Virus record (IMG/VR): IMGVR_UViG_3300025073_000001
Strand: one strand, 5' to 3'
Length of the DNA: 64,000 nt
DNA from: a virus
Taxonomy: Duplodnaviria > Heunggongvirae > Uroviricota > Caudoviricetes
The notes under the pieces were generated by a model. That model was not told the origin of the DNA and did no database searches. It was given only the letters and a program-made list of their open reading frames with translations. Below are positions 18,947 through 28,208 of the stretch, one piece after another. Position numbers and translations under genes: made by a program. Each line of letters begins with the position of its first letter. The stretch's first letter is position 1.

Positions 18947-19984
18947 TTAGTTGTAACCGCCAATATGCACGGTCAACAAGTAAATATCCTCCAATCTTGA
19001 ATTATCAATTTCATATCTCTTTCCATCGAGCAATCTATGAACAACTTCTGGAATTGGATAGTCTAAATGACCCGATTCCCCGTAACAATTGCCCTGTAAG
19101 ACGAATAAAATCGCTGTTTTTGTATTAGATAATGAATGATTTAAAGTTTTGTTAAAATAATCCCATTTATTGAATCCGTGATCATCATTCAAAGTTCCGA
19201 TGCAAATTGTGTAATCAGTTTGAATTGAAACGTCGTTGAAATCATTGCAGATTAATTTGATTCCTGGATATTTCTGCTCTCCAACTCGACATAGATTCGG
19301 ATTAGATTCAATTCCAAAGTAGTCAATTGCACTTGGTTTTGAAAATTCCCATTCTGGCGGATTAATTAATCTTCCATAGAAATCTCCTCTACCCGCACCT
19401 AAATCTTTAACTGAAAAATTATGTTTTGGTAATTTTGCATTGACCCAATCATAAATCTCTTCCTGAAATTCTTCATCTGGATAACCAACAATTTCAGCAT
19501 CGCTCATGAGGTATAATGGAAGTTTAATTTCAGCAATCTCTTTATCTATTTCTTCTGAAACGGCTTTGGTTAAATCATCTTCAAATTCAAGTAATGATTT
19601 TTGAAGTTCTGAACCTTGAAATGTTTCATCATTGAATAATTGATCAGCATAATCTTCGTGATCAACATAATGTTCATCATCTTCAAGATGTTTGACATAA
19701 TCATCCATTCCAAGTTCTGCCAATTCTCTTTGTTCTTCAATTACATCTTCTGGAATTAAAAAAGAAGGTGCTTCGTCAATTGCTGCATTTGGATAATTCC
19801 TATATTCCAATTCAGATATTTCATCTAAAGTCAACGGAACACCAGTAATTCCTCCATCATCAATTATTGCGTCAATTTCCTGCTTTGTAAAGTTCTGCTC
19901 AATGAAAGAATCTATTTCATTATTTAGTTCTTCCTTCTTTTTCAAGATGTTTGGTGGAAGTAAAAGGTCTTCTAATTTAGTCAT
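18947..19984 (-). CDS. acidic protein with possible SAM-methyltransferase-like C-terminal domain
   Basis: VKDLGAGRGDFYGRL resembles MTase motif I (GxGxG); very acidic N-terminal half. Confidence 0.35.
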   Translation of the reverse strand: MTKLEDLLLPPNILKKKEELNNEIDSFIEQNFTKQEIDAIIDDGGITGVPLTLDEISELEYRNYPNAAIDEAPSFLIPEDVIEEQRELAELGMDDYVKHLEDDEHYVDHEDYADQLFNDETFQGSELQKSLLEFEDDLTKAVSEEIDKEIAEIKLPLYLMSDAEIVGYPDEEFQEEIYDWVNAKLPKHNFSVKDLGAGRGDFYGRLINPPEWEFSKPSAIDYFGIESNPNLCRVGEQKYPGIKLICNDFNDVSIQTDYTICIGTLNDDHGFNKWDYFNKTLNHSLSNTKTAILFVLQGNCYGESGHLDYPIPEVVHRLLDGKRYEIDNSRLEDIYLLTVHIGGYN

Positions 19985-20198
19985 CGTGTTTGGGCAATTT
20001 AATATTTATAATCGAATCTTTATCAACAATCAATGAATAACCGTTTCCAGGAACACGTTGTTTCATTTCTGCTTTTTCAGCAGCAATTTCTAAGCATCGT
20101 TGAGCGTAGAATTCGGCGTATTCTTTTATCATTTCTTGAATTACAAGATAAGGATGATTATGATCTATTGCTGATAGTATTTCTTCAATCTTTGTCAT
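19977..20198 (-). CDS. LPEHE-family small protein (dispersed paralog 5, ends LPKHDD)
   Basis: MTKIEEILS...MIKEYAEFYAQRCLEIAAEKA...NIKLPKHDD. Confidence 0.5.
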   Translation of the reverse strand: MTKIEEILSAIDHNHPYLVIQEMIKEYAEFYAQRCLEIAAEKAEMKQRVPGNGYSLIVDKDSIINIKLPKHDD

Positions 20199-20403
20199 CT
20201 TTCTTTAAATTAAATTTAATGGATAAATCCTCGTTGATATAACAAGGAAAAGAGCAATCAGTTGTCACACCTTCCAATTTTATCCCACGTTCAGTCATGA
20301 CGTTGAAATAAGTAATATCTTTCCTTCGCCATTTTCTAACAATGGTTCCGAATTCTTTTATTCCTCTGTTTTCGAGGATAACTTTGTCGTCTTTTTTTAG
20401 CAT
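20185..20403 (-). CDS. hypothetical protein
   Basis: 72-aa ORF. Confidence 0.35.
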   Translation of the reverse strand: MLKKDDKVILENRGIKEFGTIVRKWRRKDITYFNVMTERGIKLEGVTTDCSFPCYINEDLSIKFNLKKDDKD

Positions 20404-20597
20404 AGACCTTCGTCTTTTTTCCAGTTATTTTTTAATGTCGTTCGTGATTTGATTATTGGAAGTTGAACTTCGGTCTTTTGATTTGGGTTTTCTTTTTTAG
20501 AAATTTCATTCCGCAATTTAGCTGAAGGAATATTCTTGATTTTCCCAAACCAATCATTCCAAAAAGTTCTATTCGTGATTGATCCAAAAGGTTTCAT
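20397..20597 (-). CDS. hypothetical protein
   Basis: 66-aa ORF. Confidence 0.3.
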   Translation of the reverse strand: MKPFGSITNRTFWNDWFGKIKNIPSAKLRNEISKKENPNQKTEVQLPIIKSRTTLKNNWKKDEGLC

Positions 20598-20607
20598 ATC
20601 ATTAAAT

Positions 20608-21495
20608 TTAAAGTGAATTTATTAAATCAATGACCTCGTCTTGAGGTGCTAAATCCCACTTGGAAAATCCACCCCATTTATTTGGACCTGAAACATTTGT
20701 ATGACAGAACAAACCTTTAATTGCTCCAGTTTTAATTTCAGGATCATAACCAAACGCCTTGTAAGGATCCATTTTCTTCAATCTTTCTTTCAATCCCTTG
20801 GTTGGATCAATTCCAGTATCTTTGGCAATTTTAGCAATCAAGAAGTTCATCGCGTGAAGTTGATCGTTGGTTATCTTGTGAAACGCCTTATAACCCCTGA
20901 AATCCTTTGCTAGTTGAACTATCTCTGAAGGAACGACCCTTTTATTAGCCCAAGAAAAATAATCGCTTCCAACCTTAGTTAAGGGGCCAAAATTACAAAC
21001 TTCAATTCCTATTGAATTTCGGTGTAAATGTACGTTTCCAATTCCTAAATGCCAAGCATAATTTTTATAATTCATGCATTCAACAATTTCACCGTCATAT
21101 TTGTCAACTAAGGTTTGACAATTTCTTCCACCAATGACGAATTGAGTTCCAATCGAACCACGAGTATCATTGTTCCAATCATTCACAACATTGTACGGAT
21201 TTTCCCATCCAGCAGTGAAATGAAGGAAAAGATATTCTTTCTTGGTAGGTCCAACTTGGAATTGGCCTTTCTTCAAAGGATATTGATTTATCTTCGGAGC
21301 ATCTTGTTTATCAGTGGTTAAAAATCCAATGTTTGGATCGTGATATTCTTCAGGTTCAATTCCATCTCCAACTAATGGTTCGTAAGGAATATTATTCTTA
21401 ATTGAATAATTTTTCCATGCACTTTGAGTAAACTCGTCTAAGATACCAGTTTGAGGTATTCCGAGTTTTTCTTGGATTTCTTTTATTTGATTCAA
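20608..21495 (-). CDS. endolysin: N-acetylmuramoyl-L-alanine amidase (Amidase_2/PGRP) with N-terminal PG-binding-like segment
   Basis: LHFTAGW...AWHLGIGN...NSIGIEVCNFG...GLFCHTNVS; N-terminus resembles PG_binding_1. Confidence 0.65.
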   Translation of the reverse strand: MNQIKEIQEKLGIPQTGILDEFTQSAWKNYSIKNNIPYEPLVGDGIEPEEYHDPNIGFLTTDKQDAPKINQYPLKKGQFQVGPTKKEYLFLHFTAGWENPYNVVNDWNNDTRGSIGTQFVIGGRNCQTLVDKYDGEIVECMNYKNYAWHLGIGNVHLHRNSIGIEVCNFGPLTKVGSDYFSWANKRVVPSEIVQLAKDFRGYKAFHKITNDQLHAMNFLIAKIAKDTGIDPTKGLKERLKKMDPYKAFGYDPEIKTGAIKGLFCHTNVSGPNKWGGFSKWDLAPQDEVIDLINSL

Positions 21496-21710
21496 GGTTT
21501 ATCCTCCAATTCCTTTATTTTATTTTCGAGATACTTGGCTGCTATCTCCAACAATTTTAAAAATGCATCAATGATCCAAACAAGACCCATTGCCTGAATG
21601 AACCAAAGATGAATTGATTCTGGATGAAATATAGATTTTATTCCAACGCATGAAAATGCTAGGAAACACATAATTTTCCAAGCGTAAGATTCTGTGAAAT
21701 TTTTGAACAT
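21492..21710 (-). CDS. candidate holin (small 2-TM protein)
   Basis: 72 aa, two hydrophobic helices, start overlaps (ATGA) the amidase gene end. Confidence 0.35.
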   Translation of the reverse strand: MFKNFTESYAWKIMCFLAFSCVGIKSIFHPESIHLWFIQAMGLVWIIDAFLKLLEIAAKYLENKIKELEDKP

Positions 21711-21734
21711 TTTATTTTTTAAATTTAATTATTT

Positions 21735-21908
21735 GATTCATGCTTTCGCTCAGATATAGACCAAAATAACAAAACAAAAGATAATACTCCAGTTAAACAA
21801 AACGACGAATATCTAGTTGAGTCATTTTCTATTAATCCTGACATTATACAAATACCTGAACAAATTCCTGAAAGTTGTGATAAAAAATGTGATTTCATAT
21901 TATTTATT
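21735..21908 (-). CDS. small membrane protein (57 aa, not in ORF track)
   Basis: hand translation MKSHFLSQLSGICSGICIMSGL...FVLLFWSISERKHESNN. Confidence 0.25.
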
Positions 21909-21913
21909 TTTTG

Positions 21914-22414
21914 TTACGGAAGGCAACTGAACAACGCTCCTGTCCAAGGAACTGTTGGTGGTGGAACAATTACGGTTGAAACGTAAGTTCCAGTTAATGT
22001 TGTTAAATGAACTCTGCAAGCAGCAACCAAGGCATTTAGAATTACTTGAAAATTAGTATTTGGTGGAACCTTAGTATTTGACCAAGTACCTCCAGAAGTC
22101 ACTGTGGTTATTCCAGTGGGACCAATTATGATTTCTCCTGGCCACATATTCACGAACGCTGGCCCAACTTGACCTAGTAAATCAATATCAGCATGACTTT
22201 GACGATTTAAATTACAATTCATCAAAATCTGTTGTTGCAACAATGGTAACTTTGGAGCAAATGTCGTCACGACCCCCATTCCTGACATTGAATCAAAGTG
22301 CATTGAAATACAAGTCACATAAGCATCTGCAATTGTAAAGGCAAATAACTCAGGAGTGACGTGAGGATTTCCCGTCAGAACATTGCACTTTGCTTTAAAT
22401 ACGCTCCAACTCAA
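21914..22414 (-). CDS. hypothetical protein
   Basis: 166-aa ORF. Confidence 0.4.
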   Translation of the reverse strand: MSWSVFKAKCNVLTGNPHVTPELFAFTIADAYVTCISMHFDSMSGMGVVTTFAPKLPLLQQQILMNCNLNRQSHADIDLLGQVGPAFVNMWPGEIIIGPTGITTVTSGGTWSNTKVPPNTNFQVILNALVAACRVHLTTLTGTYVSTVIVPPPTVPWTGALFSCLP

Positions 22415-22469
22415 AGTTTATTTTCCGTATCCCTTAATGAATCCTAAAAGACTTAAAAGTTTTTTCATC

Positions 22470-23105
22470 TTAACTTGCGTTTGTTGTAACGGTTAATTCA
22501 ATTGCTTCGTTCCTAGATTCATTTCTCAAAGTTCCATTTGAAATTACGGTTCTACCTGAGAAATGACAGTTGGTGACATTTGACGATCCTTTAACTTCCG
22601 ATTGATCAAAGAGTTTACAATCAGTGACAAATGAAGTTCCTGCAACTCTAGAACCATCTCTCATTTCTGAATTGATAACTTTCCCTTTCATGCAAACAAC
22701 ACATGAATTTTTAATTTTTGAACCTTCAACGATTGCTTGATCATAGATGTCAACATTGTCAGATATCATTGATTTTGAAATACAAGCATCTCCCCAAACT
22801 CTAACTTTACCTGAAACTAATGAATCTTCAATCGTTCCACGTTCAAATAGAATTGCATCGTTCGTAATGTATGAATCTTTCAATTGAACTTTGTCCATGA
22901 CTTTCGCCATCTGTGCAATCCAACTTGAATCGTCTTGTGAAAGATTAGATTCTGATTGGATGAATCCTCCAATTTCACCTTCCTTAATTAATCCACCCGG
23001 AGATTCAAATTCTTTTAACGCAATGATGCGATAAAGTTTAACGGGCAATCCAGTCTTCAAATGTTTGAATTGAATTGAATCACCTTTGAGTATTTGATAT
23101 TTCAT
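22470..23105 (-). CDS. hypothetical protein with beta-helix-like repeats
   Basis: repetitive V/I-x-G/S-x-x-x hexapeptide-like segments in C-terminal half. Confidence 0.4.
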   Translation of the reverse strand: MKYQILKGDSIQFKHLKTGLPVKLYRIIALKEFESPGGLIKEGEIGGFIQSESNLSQDDSSWIAQMAKVMDKVQLKDSYITNDAILFERGTIEDSLVSGKVRVWGDACISKSMISDNVDIYDQAIVEGSKIKNSCVVCMKGKVINSEMRDGSRVAGTSFVTDCKLFDQSEVKGSSNVTNCHFSGRTVISNGTLRNESRNEAIELTVTTNAS

Positions 23106-23107
23106 CT

Positions 23108-23338
23108 TTATTTCTTTGGTTCAATTTTCCAATTATTATCAACGTCCTTACTCAATTCCCAACCACAATCAAACAGCAGTGATTTCATTTCTTGATAAAC
23201 ACGTTGAATTCCATAATCAGGTTTGAAACTGAAATCATGGCGCTTCAATCTTTCATTAATGTATTCAATTCCTAACATGACGCTTTTTGGAAAAGCATAA
23301 ACTTCATTCGGACTTGGGAAATGTTTTGTTTCGTTCAT
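23108..23338 (-). CDS. hypothetical protein
   Basis: 76-aa ORF. Confidence 0.35.
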   Translation of the reverse strand: MNETKHFPSPNEVYAFPKSVMLGIEYINERLKRHDFSFKPDYGIQRVYQEMKSLLFDCGWELSKDVDNNWKIEPKK

Positions 23339-23637
23339 AATTCAAATTCCTCTTCCAGTTCTTTGACTGGTTTTTTACTTGGTTTAACTTTTAAATATTC
23401 TTTTAATTTATATTCAGAACCCAAGTCAAATATCTCAATTGGATTCTTTTTATTCTTGTAATTTTTGATGTAACGATTTTTCAAGTCCTTCCACTCGACT
23501 AGATTGATTTCGTTGATGAAATCTTCAAATTCATAATCAAAAAACTTTTCATTCCAAAGTGCTTTAAATGCAACTGCTGGAGAAATCGCTTCTTTGACAA
23601 AGCAGGAACCATCAATGAGTAAAATGTAAATTGTCAT
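23335..23637 (-). CDS. hypothetical protein
   Basis: 100-aa ORF. Confidence 0.35.
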   Translation of the reverse strand: MTIYILLIDGSCFVKEAISPAVAFKALWNEKFFDYEFEDFINEINLVEWKDLKNRYIKNYKNKKNPIEIFDLGSEYKLKEYLKVKPSKKPVKELEEEFEL

Positions 23638-23654
23638 TCAAATATGTTTAATTT

Positions 23655-24167
23655 TTAAGCAACGCCTTGACATAAATGATCAGCAGCCTTAACAGCAATT
23701 AAATCTTCCGTTACGACTTGACCTCTATAAAGGTCATCTTTGAACTTAACCATGCAATGATAACCCATTGAAGTAGCCAATCCCTGCATTTCAGGAATTA
23801 AACCTTTATACAACGTGTCAACAATGTTATTGAAATCTAATTCAAGAATAATCTGATCTTTGGAAAATATTTCTTCAGATAACAGATTGGCAATTGCAAT
23901 TGAAAGTTCAGCCTCATGACGCAATTTCATGAAGACTCCCCATTTACCATTCGTTTTTGAAGTAATTGGAACGACTTCTTTGTGGTAAATGAAGTGAGCG
24001 CCGTTAGTTCCATAACGGAAAGCAACAACGGCGAAATAGGTAATTTTTCCATTGACTGCAATTGAATCACAACCAATGTGAACTTTCAAGTCAGGAAAGT
24101 AACCTAAATATTCAAGACAGTGATCGATTAAATCAACATCTTGCTTCTTGTAATTTTTGAATTGCAT
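23655..24167 (-). CDS. hypothetical protein (possible RNase H-like fold)
   Basis: 170-aa ORF; HIGCDSIAVNGKITYFAVVAF segment. Confidence 0.35.
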   Translation of the reverse strand: MQFKNYKKQDVDLIDHCLEYLGYFPDLKVHIGCDSIAVNGKITYFAVVAFRYGTNGAHFIYHKEVVPITSKTNGKWGVFMKLRHEAELSIAIANLLSEEIFSKDQIILELDFNNIVDTLYKGLIPEMQGLATSMGYHCMVKFKDDLYRGQVVTEDLIAVKAADHLCQGVA

Positions 24168-24281
24168 CTAACTATTTTTTTTAATTACGCCTTTTAAGTT
24201 CATTTCCAAACAAAACTGCAAGAGAAAAAATTAAAATCCAAAAACCAATTAAGAATAAAATATCAATCATATTATAAAATT

Positions 24282-24707
24282 TTATTCGTCATCTTCATCT
24301 TCCATTTCATCCCGTTCTTCCTGAGATACTGGAATGAAAGTTACTTCTGTTCCTTCTTCACCTAACTCTCGATATTGCCCTTCGGCACACATCAATCGGT
24401 GAATCTTACCCATCAACTTGGTATGAGGTAAATTGACAATGATGAAATCGCCATCATCAAATTCCATCAAGGAACGATCTTCATATTCTGGATGTTCTTC
24501 AATTCCGTTTAAAAGTTCAAATTTATCCCTTGGAATCCATCTATTGGTAAATACAAAATCATCAATACCTTCGTTCTTTGCAATTGCAGCAGCAACTTCT
24601 CCAAGTTCCTGATCATGACTCTTAACCCTCTTCGCCTTTTCAATTATATGTTTTGGATAAAACCCGAATATCATTACCGGTAAACACAGCCAATCGTTAT
24701 TCTTCAT
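24282..24707 (-). CDS. acidic hypothetical protein
   Basis: 141 aa, C-terminus EERDEMEDEDDE. Confidence 0.4.
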   Translation of the reverse strand: MKNNDWLCLPVMIFGFYPKHIIEKAKRVKSHDQELGEVAAAIAKNEGIDDFVFTNRWIPRDKFELLNGIEEHPEYEDRSLMEFDDGDFIIVNLPHTKLMGKIHRLMCAEGQYRELGEEGTEVTFIPVSQEERDEMEDEDDE

Positions 24708-24709
24708 GT

Positions 24710-24970
24710 TTAATTACCTTTCTTTAAAATAATATAATAGGTTGAATCTGGATAGAATAAAACTTGGTTTTCTTGCACAATGCAAAATCCTCTTTTTAAT
24801 TCTCTATGAACAGAATATCTTCCAACTTCAATGCCTGTTTCAAGTGAAACGTCCATCCACTTGTTTGAAAAATAATAAGGTAAAATGTGAAACCCAATTG
24901 CCAATCCTAATCCAACGCAGATTAAAGAGTGACCAATTGTCTTTAATTTTTCCTTAAAGTTTTTGCCCAT
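24710..24970 (-). CDS. small membrane protein
   Basis: 86 aa with hydrophobic helix. Confidence 0.35.
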   Translation of the reverse strand: MGKNFKEKLKTIGHSLICVGLGLAIGFHILPYYFSNKWMDVSLETGIEVGRYSVHRELKRGFCIVQENQVLFYPDSTYYIILKKGN

Positions 24971-25058
24971 TCTTCAACTTCTCCGTGGTTGTGAAATTGA
25001 CTTTTGCAATCTTTTTGATTGTTGCTGAAATAATTTTGGCGAGTGATTTTGACATAAA

Positions 25059-25289
25059 TTAATAAATTAAAGATTTTAGATCGTCTCCAGTGAAATTTTT
25101 GATAAACTTTTTTGCCAAATAATCATTTGGAAATGTCGCCGAAGCGGATGAAATATCTTCACAGTTATTTTTAGTAAAAGAAATTAAGACTGAAAAATCA
25201 GTCCATTTCTTCTTCCCAGTTATATGAAACGACAGCCAATATTCGTATTCAGATTCTTCAATCTGAACTTTTCCTGTTTTGATATTCAT
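25059..25289 (-). CDS. hypothetical protein
   Basis: 76-aa ORF preceding tRNA island. Confidence 0.35.
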   Translation of the reverse strand: MNIKTGKVQIEESEYEYWLSFHITGKKKWTDFSVLISFTKNNCEDISSASATFPNDYLAKKFIKNFTGDDLKSLIY

Positions 25290-25310
25290 ATTTAAAAATT
25301 TTATTTTAGA

Positions 25311-25382
25311 AGCCTCTGTTGGGATCGAACCAATGCTTTCCCGCGATCAAAGCGCGGTGTAATACCAATATACGAAGAGGCC
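25311..25382 (-). tRNA. tRNA-Gln (anticodon UUG)
   Basis: hand fold: acceptor GGCCTCT/AGAGGCT (G-U at 1-72), AC arm CCGCG-CTTTGAT-CGCGG, T-loop TTCGATC. Confidence 0.55.
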
Positions 25383-25446
25383 AAAATTAAATATTGATTT
25401 AGGTTCAATATCAAAGACCTACTTATTTTCTAACTAGAATAAAATG

Positions 25447-25520
25447 TCGGGAAAGTCAGATTCGAACTGACACTAACCACGGCTCCAGACCGCGTAACTT
25501 CACCAATAGATCGTTTCCCG
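25447..25520 (-). tRNA. tRNA, anticodon UGG (Pro) with unusual C33
   Basis: acceptor CGGGAAA/TTTCCCG, T-arm GTCAG-TTCGAAT-CTGAC, AC arm CGCGG-TCTGGAG-CCGTG. Confidence 0.45.
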
Positions 25521-25546
25521 AAGAATTGGATTAAAAATTAATTTGA

Positions 25547-25616
25547 GGTTCCGATTGGACTTAAACCAATATAAATGCTTTTGCAGAGCATCACCTTATC
25601 AATCGGACACGGAACC
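25547..25616 (-). tRNA. tRNA-like, probably Cys (GCA) on minus strand; palindromic, strand ambiguous
   Basis: acceptor GGTTCCG/CGGAACC; AC arm ATGCT-CTGCAAA-AGCAT; T-arm ATTGG-TTTAAGT-CCAAT; weak D-arm lacking GG. Confidence 0.35.
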
Positions 25617-25857
25617 ATTTTGGATTAAAAAGAAACGAACAAAACTCTGATGAAACTATGAATAAGTATCTAACCCCAAAGAATTTTCAGTCTCGACTAA
25701 CAGAAAATTTCGTTTCTTATAAAATTAAAATTAATTAGTCAGGATTCGATACCTGAACGATTCATCTCACTGGTTTTGACCGAACCTTTGCAGAATCAAC
25801 TTTAGGTCTGTTGCGTCTATCTTTCGCCACTAACTAATTTTTTCTGAAATTTATTTT

Positions 25858-25891
25858 ACAAAGATACCTGATTAATTTCAATCTACCAAAT
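25858..25891 (-). promoter_or_regulatory. sigma-A-like promoter (TTTGGTAGATTG...GTATCTTTG)
   Basis: TTTG-N20-TAnnTTTG on minus strand. Confidence 0.35.
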
Positions 25892-25908
25892 TTATTTTAA
25901 ATCAAATT

Positions 25909-26178
25909 TCATATTGAGCATTGTTTATATTCATTGGCCGTTTCGCGAATTAAATGCGCCATATTTTCATTAGGCTTTTCAGCAACCCATTTATACCGAC
26001 CATTTAACTTTTCAACGATACCGATTCCTCGAAGAACCGTAGCGACTGACCAATCAATATTCCAAGCAGAACAATGTTTTTGAAGATTGGTAACTTTATT
26101 TTTTTGGCATTTTGTTCTGATCGTTTTCAAAAAATTGGTTAATTCTGGAATTGTTGCGTTTGAAGATCTCGATCTCAT
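25909..26178 (-). CDS. hypothetical protein
   Basis: 89-aa ORF within tRNA island. Confidence 0.35.
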   Translation of the reverse strand: MRSRSSNATIPELTNFLKTIRTKCQKNKVTNLQKHCSAWNIDWSVATVLRGIGIVEKLNGRYKWVAEKPNENMAHLIRETANEYKQCSI

Positions 26179-26203
26179 AATTTTGAAAATTTATTTTAGT
26201 TTG

Positions 26204-26277
26204 AGCCGGGTGTTGGATTTGAACCAACGATCAATTGTTTGTAATACAATCTGCGTAGACCGCTTGCATAACCCGGC
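26204..26277 (-). tRNA. tRNA-Val (anticodon UAC)
   Basis: acceptor GCCGGGT/ACCCGGC, T-arm GTTGG-TTCAAAT-CCAAC, AC arm ATTGT-ATTACAA-ACAAT. Confidence 0.55.
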
Positions 26278-26491
26278 TTAAAAAATCAGAACATCATCTT
26301 TTTTCGATTTACAAATTCGTTGATTTAAAGTTGCTGTTGATGTTCTTTTGGCTCAGGGAGGGCAAAAATAAATTTTAATCAATAACCAAGCCCTTTCCCC
26401 TGAAAGTTGTGATGTGCTGTTCGGTTATTTATTCAGATTTGCATTTTTTAGTTTACAAGTGTTCTACCAACTGAACTATAAAAGGGATTCA

Positions 26492-26566
26492 CTCCTTTTA
26501 GCGAGACTCGAACTCCGACCTTTGCCGTGACAGGGCAACATACCTACCAATTATACGACACGTTCG
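26492..26566 (-). tRNA. tRNA-Asp (anticodon GUC); acceptor/T-stem imperfect, ends approximate
   Basis: perfect AC arm TTGCC-CTGTCAC-GGCAA, D-loop TAATTGGTAGG, T-loop TTCGAGT; T-stem only 3 bp. Confidence 0.4.
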
Positions 26567-26890
26567 ATCAAATATAAATAAACATTTATGTCGGCTTCGT
26601 TCTTTTCAATATTTATTTTATTTACCTCTATGCTACCTTCACGATTAGTGGCTGCACATTGAATGAATACAATCATCTCCAAGTTGACAAGACTGGCGAG
26701 GTTAAATAAATATTATTCGAACAAACTTGGTAACGTTCAAGTTAGACGGTTAAAAAGTTAAATCAATTTTATCGCAATTGCGATAAGGTTTCATAATCAA
26801 GTTCCTTTTAAATCCCCTTGTGGGTTAATTATACGCAAAGATAAACCCTTTATTTCAGACTACCAAGTAAATCTAAAGATCTTTTTCAAA

Positions 26891-27148
26891 TTATTTTCTC
26901 AGATCCTTCCAATCTTCTAAATATTTTTCATATGAACGAATGCAAAAATTTAATTCATTTGTAAATCGTTCTGGGTTCCAATTCTGCAAATTAATACTTT
27001 GACTTCCTTCCCACACCGAACTCCAATAATTGAATCCAAACCAAGATTTTTTCTTAACTTGAAGCCAAATATCTGGATATAAACTAAGAAGCGTGAATCG
27101 TTCAGTTATTAATCTGTAATTGGGATGATCGTTTGATTTAAAAGTCAT
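26891..27148 (-). CDS. hypothetical protein
   Basis: 85-aa ORF. Confidence 0.35.
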   Translation of the reverse strand: MTFKSNDHPNYRLITERFTLLSLYPDIWLQVKKKSWFGFNYWSSVWEGSQSINLQNWNPERFTNELNFCIRSYEKYLEDWKDLRK

Positions 27149-27162
27149 TTTATTTTATTTTT

Positions 27163-27244
27163 GCACGAAGGTAGAGATTCGAACTCTAAACTGCTCTTAC
27201 GAATTACCGGGTTGGAACCGGCCAGTCACGCCAATGAGCCTCCG
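27163..27244 (-). tRNA. tRNA, 82 nt; candidate anticodon CCA; isotype uncertain
   Basis: acceptor GCGGAGG/CCTTCGT (two G-U), canonical T-arm TAGAG-TTCGAAT-CTCTA, stem-loop GCCGG-TTCCAAC-CCGGT; D-arm unclear. Confidence 0.35.
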
Positions 27245-27285
27245 CGTTTGGAACCATCCTGCTACGCTTTCAAGTTCCTTTTACT

Positions 27286-27642
27286 TTATTTCACTGCAAC
27301 CCATTCTGTCTTTTCGACAATTTTGGATTTGACTTGACTCATGTGATTGTATTCTGAACCATGATGACTTGCATACCATCCGTCAAAACTGATGAAAATT
27401 CCGTGATCGATGAAGTGATAAACTTTCCAATATTGATCACCTTGACCTTCTCCTCCAAATTCATCTACCATTTCAAATTTACCTAATTTGGCAAATTCTT
27501 CTTTGAATTCACCTTCTTCATCAATGTCATCGGCTGATTCTGGAACGGCTTCATGCATCCATCTTTCTGGATCACAATCGTTTTCTGAGAAAAGGTCTGA
27601 ATTGATGATTGCACTGATTTCTTCAAATGTAAGTTTATTCAT
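27286..27642 (-). CDS. paralog family A (triplicated 110-120 aa family, conserved C-terminal half)
   Basis: ...YWKVYHFIDHGIFISFDGWYASHHGSEY...VEKTEW; similar to 27903..28208 and 28201..28533. Confidence 0.45.
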   Translation of the reverse strand: MNKLTFEEISAIINSDLFSENDCDPERWMHEAVPESADDIDEEGEFKEEFAKLGKFEMVDEFGGEGQGDQYWKVYHFIDHGIFISFDGWYASHHGSEYNHMSQVKSKIVEKTEWVAVK

Positions 27643-27645
27643 ATT

Positions 27646-27906
27646 TTATAATTGTTTGAAATAATGACTAATTGCAGGACGTCCGGTTCTTATCACACTT
27701 CCGACACCAATATCCATTTTATTATGTTCCCGATAAACAGATGAAATATGTGGAGTTAAATCTTCGTAAACTTCAAACAAAACGTTGGTTGAATCTTCAC
27801 CTAAATATTTCACGATTTGTTCTATTTTTATTCCCTGGAATTCTCCTTGAGCAATTTCCATTTCATATCGATACAACGATCCAATGACTAATTCTGAAAA
27901 GTTCAT
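27646..27906 (-). CDS. hypothetical protein
   Basis: 86-aa ORF. Confidence 0.35.
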   Translation of the reverse strand: MNFSELVIGSLYRYEMEIAQGEFQGIKIEQIVKYLGEDSTNVLFEVYEDLTPHISSVYREHNKMDIGVGSVIRTGRPAISHYFKQL

Positions 27907-28208
27907 TCGTAAATTGTGACTAATTTTTCTATTGGGTTAACGAATTGATATTTAACGTATTCTGTTCCGTGAAATGACCGATACCAGCCAATAAATTTGA
28001 CGTAAAGATCTAAATCTTTGAAGAAATAGACAGATTCAAGTTCGGCTTGACCGTCAAAATCATATTCATTCTTGACATCTTTACATTCAAAGTTTCCGAG
28101 AACGCAACTAACATCTTCCTTAATATCTCCTCCAACTAAGTCTTGAAGTGGAAATTCATCTTGAAATTTATCAAAACTTTCAGCAAATTTTTCCTGAGTG
28201 TTATTCAT
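27903..28208 (-). CDS. paralog family B (start at internal Met MNNTQEKF)
   Basis: ...VYFFKDLDLYVKFIGWYRSFHGTEYVKYQFVNPIEKLVTIYE. Confidence 0.4.
   Translation of the reverse strand: MNNTQEKFAESFDKFQDEFPLQDLVGGDIKEDVSCVLGNFECKDVKNEYDFDGQAELESVYFFKDLDLYVKFIGWYRSFHGTEYVKYQFVNPIEKLVTIYE

Noticed and set aside
25547-25616. Plus-strand reading of the palindromic tRNA-like element as tRNA-Ala(UGC)
   Set aside because: The plus-strand fold has a good D and anticodon arm but no T-arm. The minus-strand fold has a perfect T-stem and matches the orientation of all other tRNAs.
25620-25730. Nine-bp inverted repeat AGAAACGAA...TTCGTTTCT with internal hairpin as a tRNA
   Set aside because: No T-arm or anticodon arm could be folded; kept only as an unexplained structured element.
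26087-26281. Plus ORF 26087..26281, and plus ORFs 34102..34341 and 34421..34714
   Set aside because: They overlap tRNA genes (Val; His/Ser region) and are in the ORF-free RNA island; treated as non-coding.
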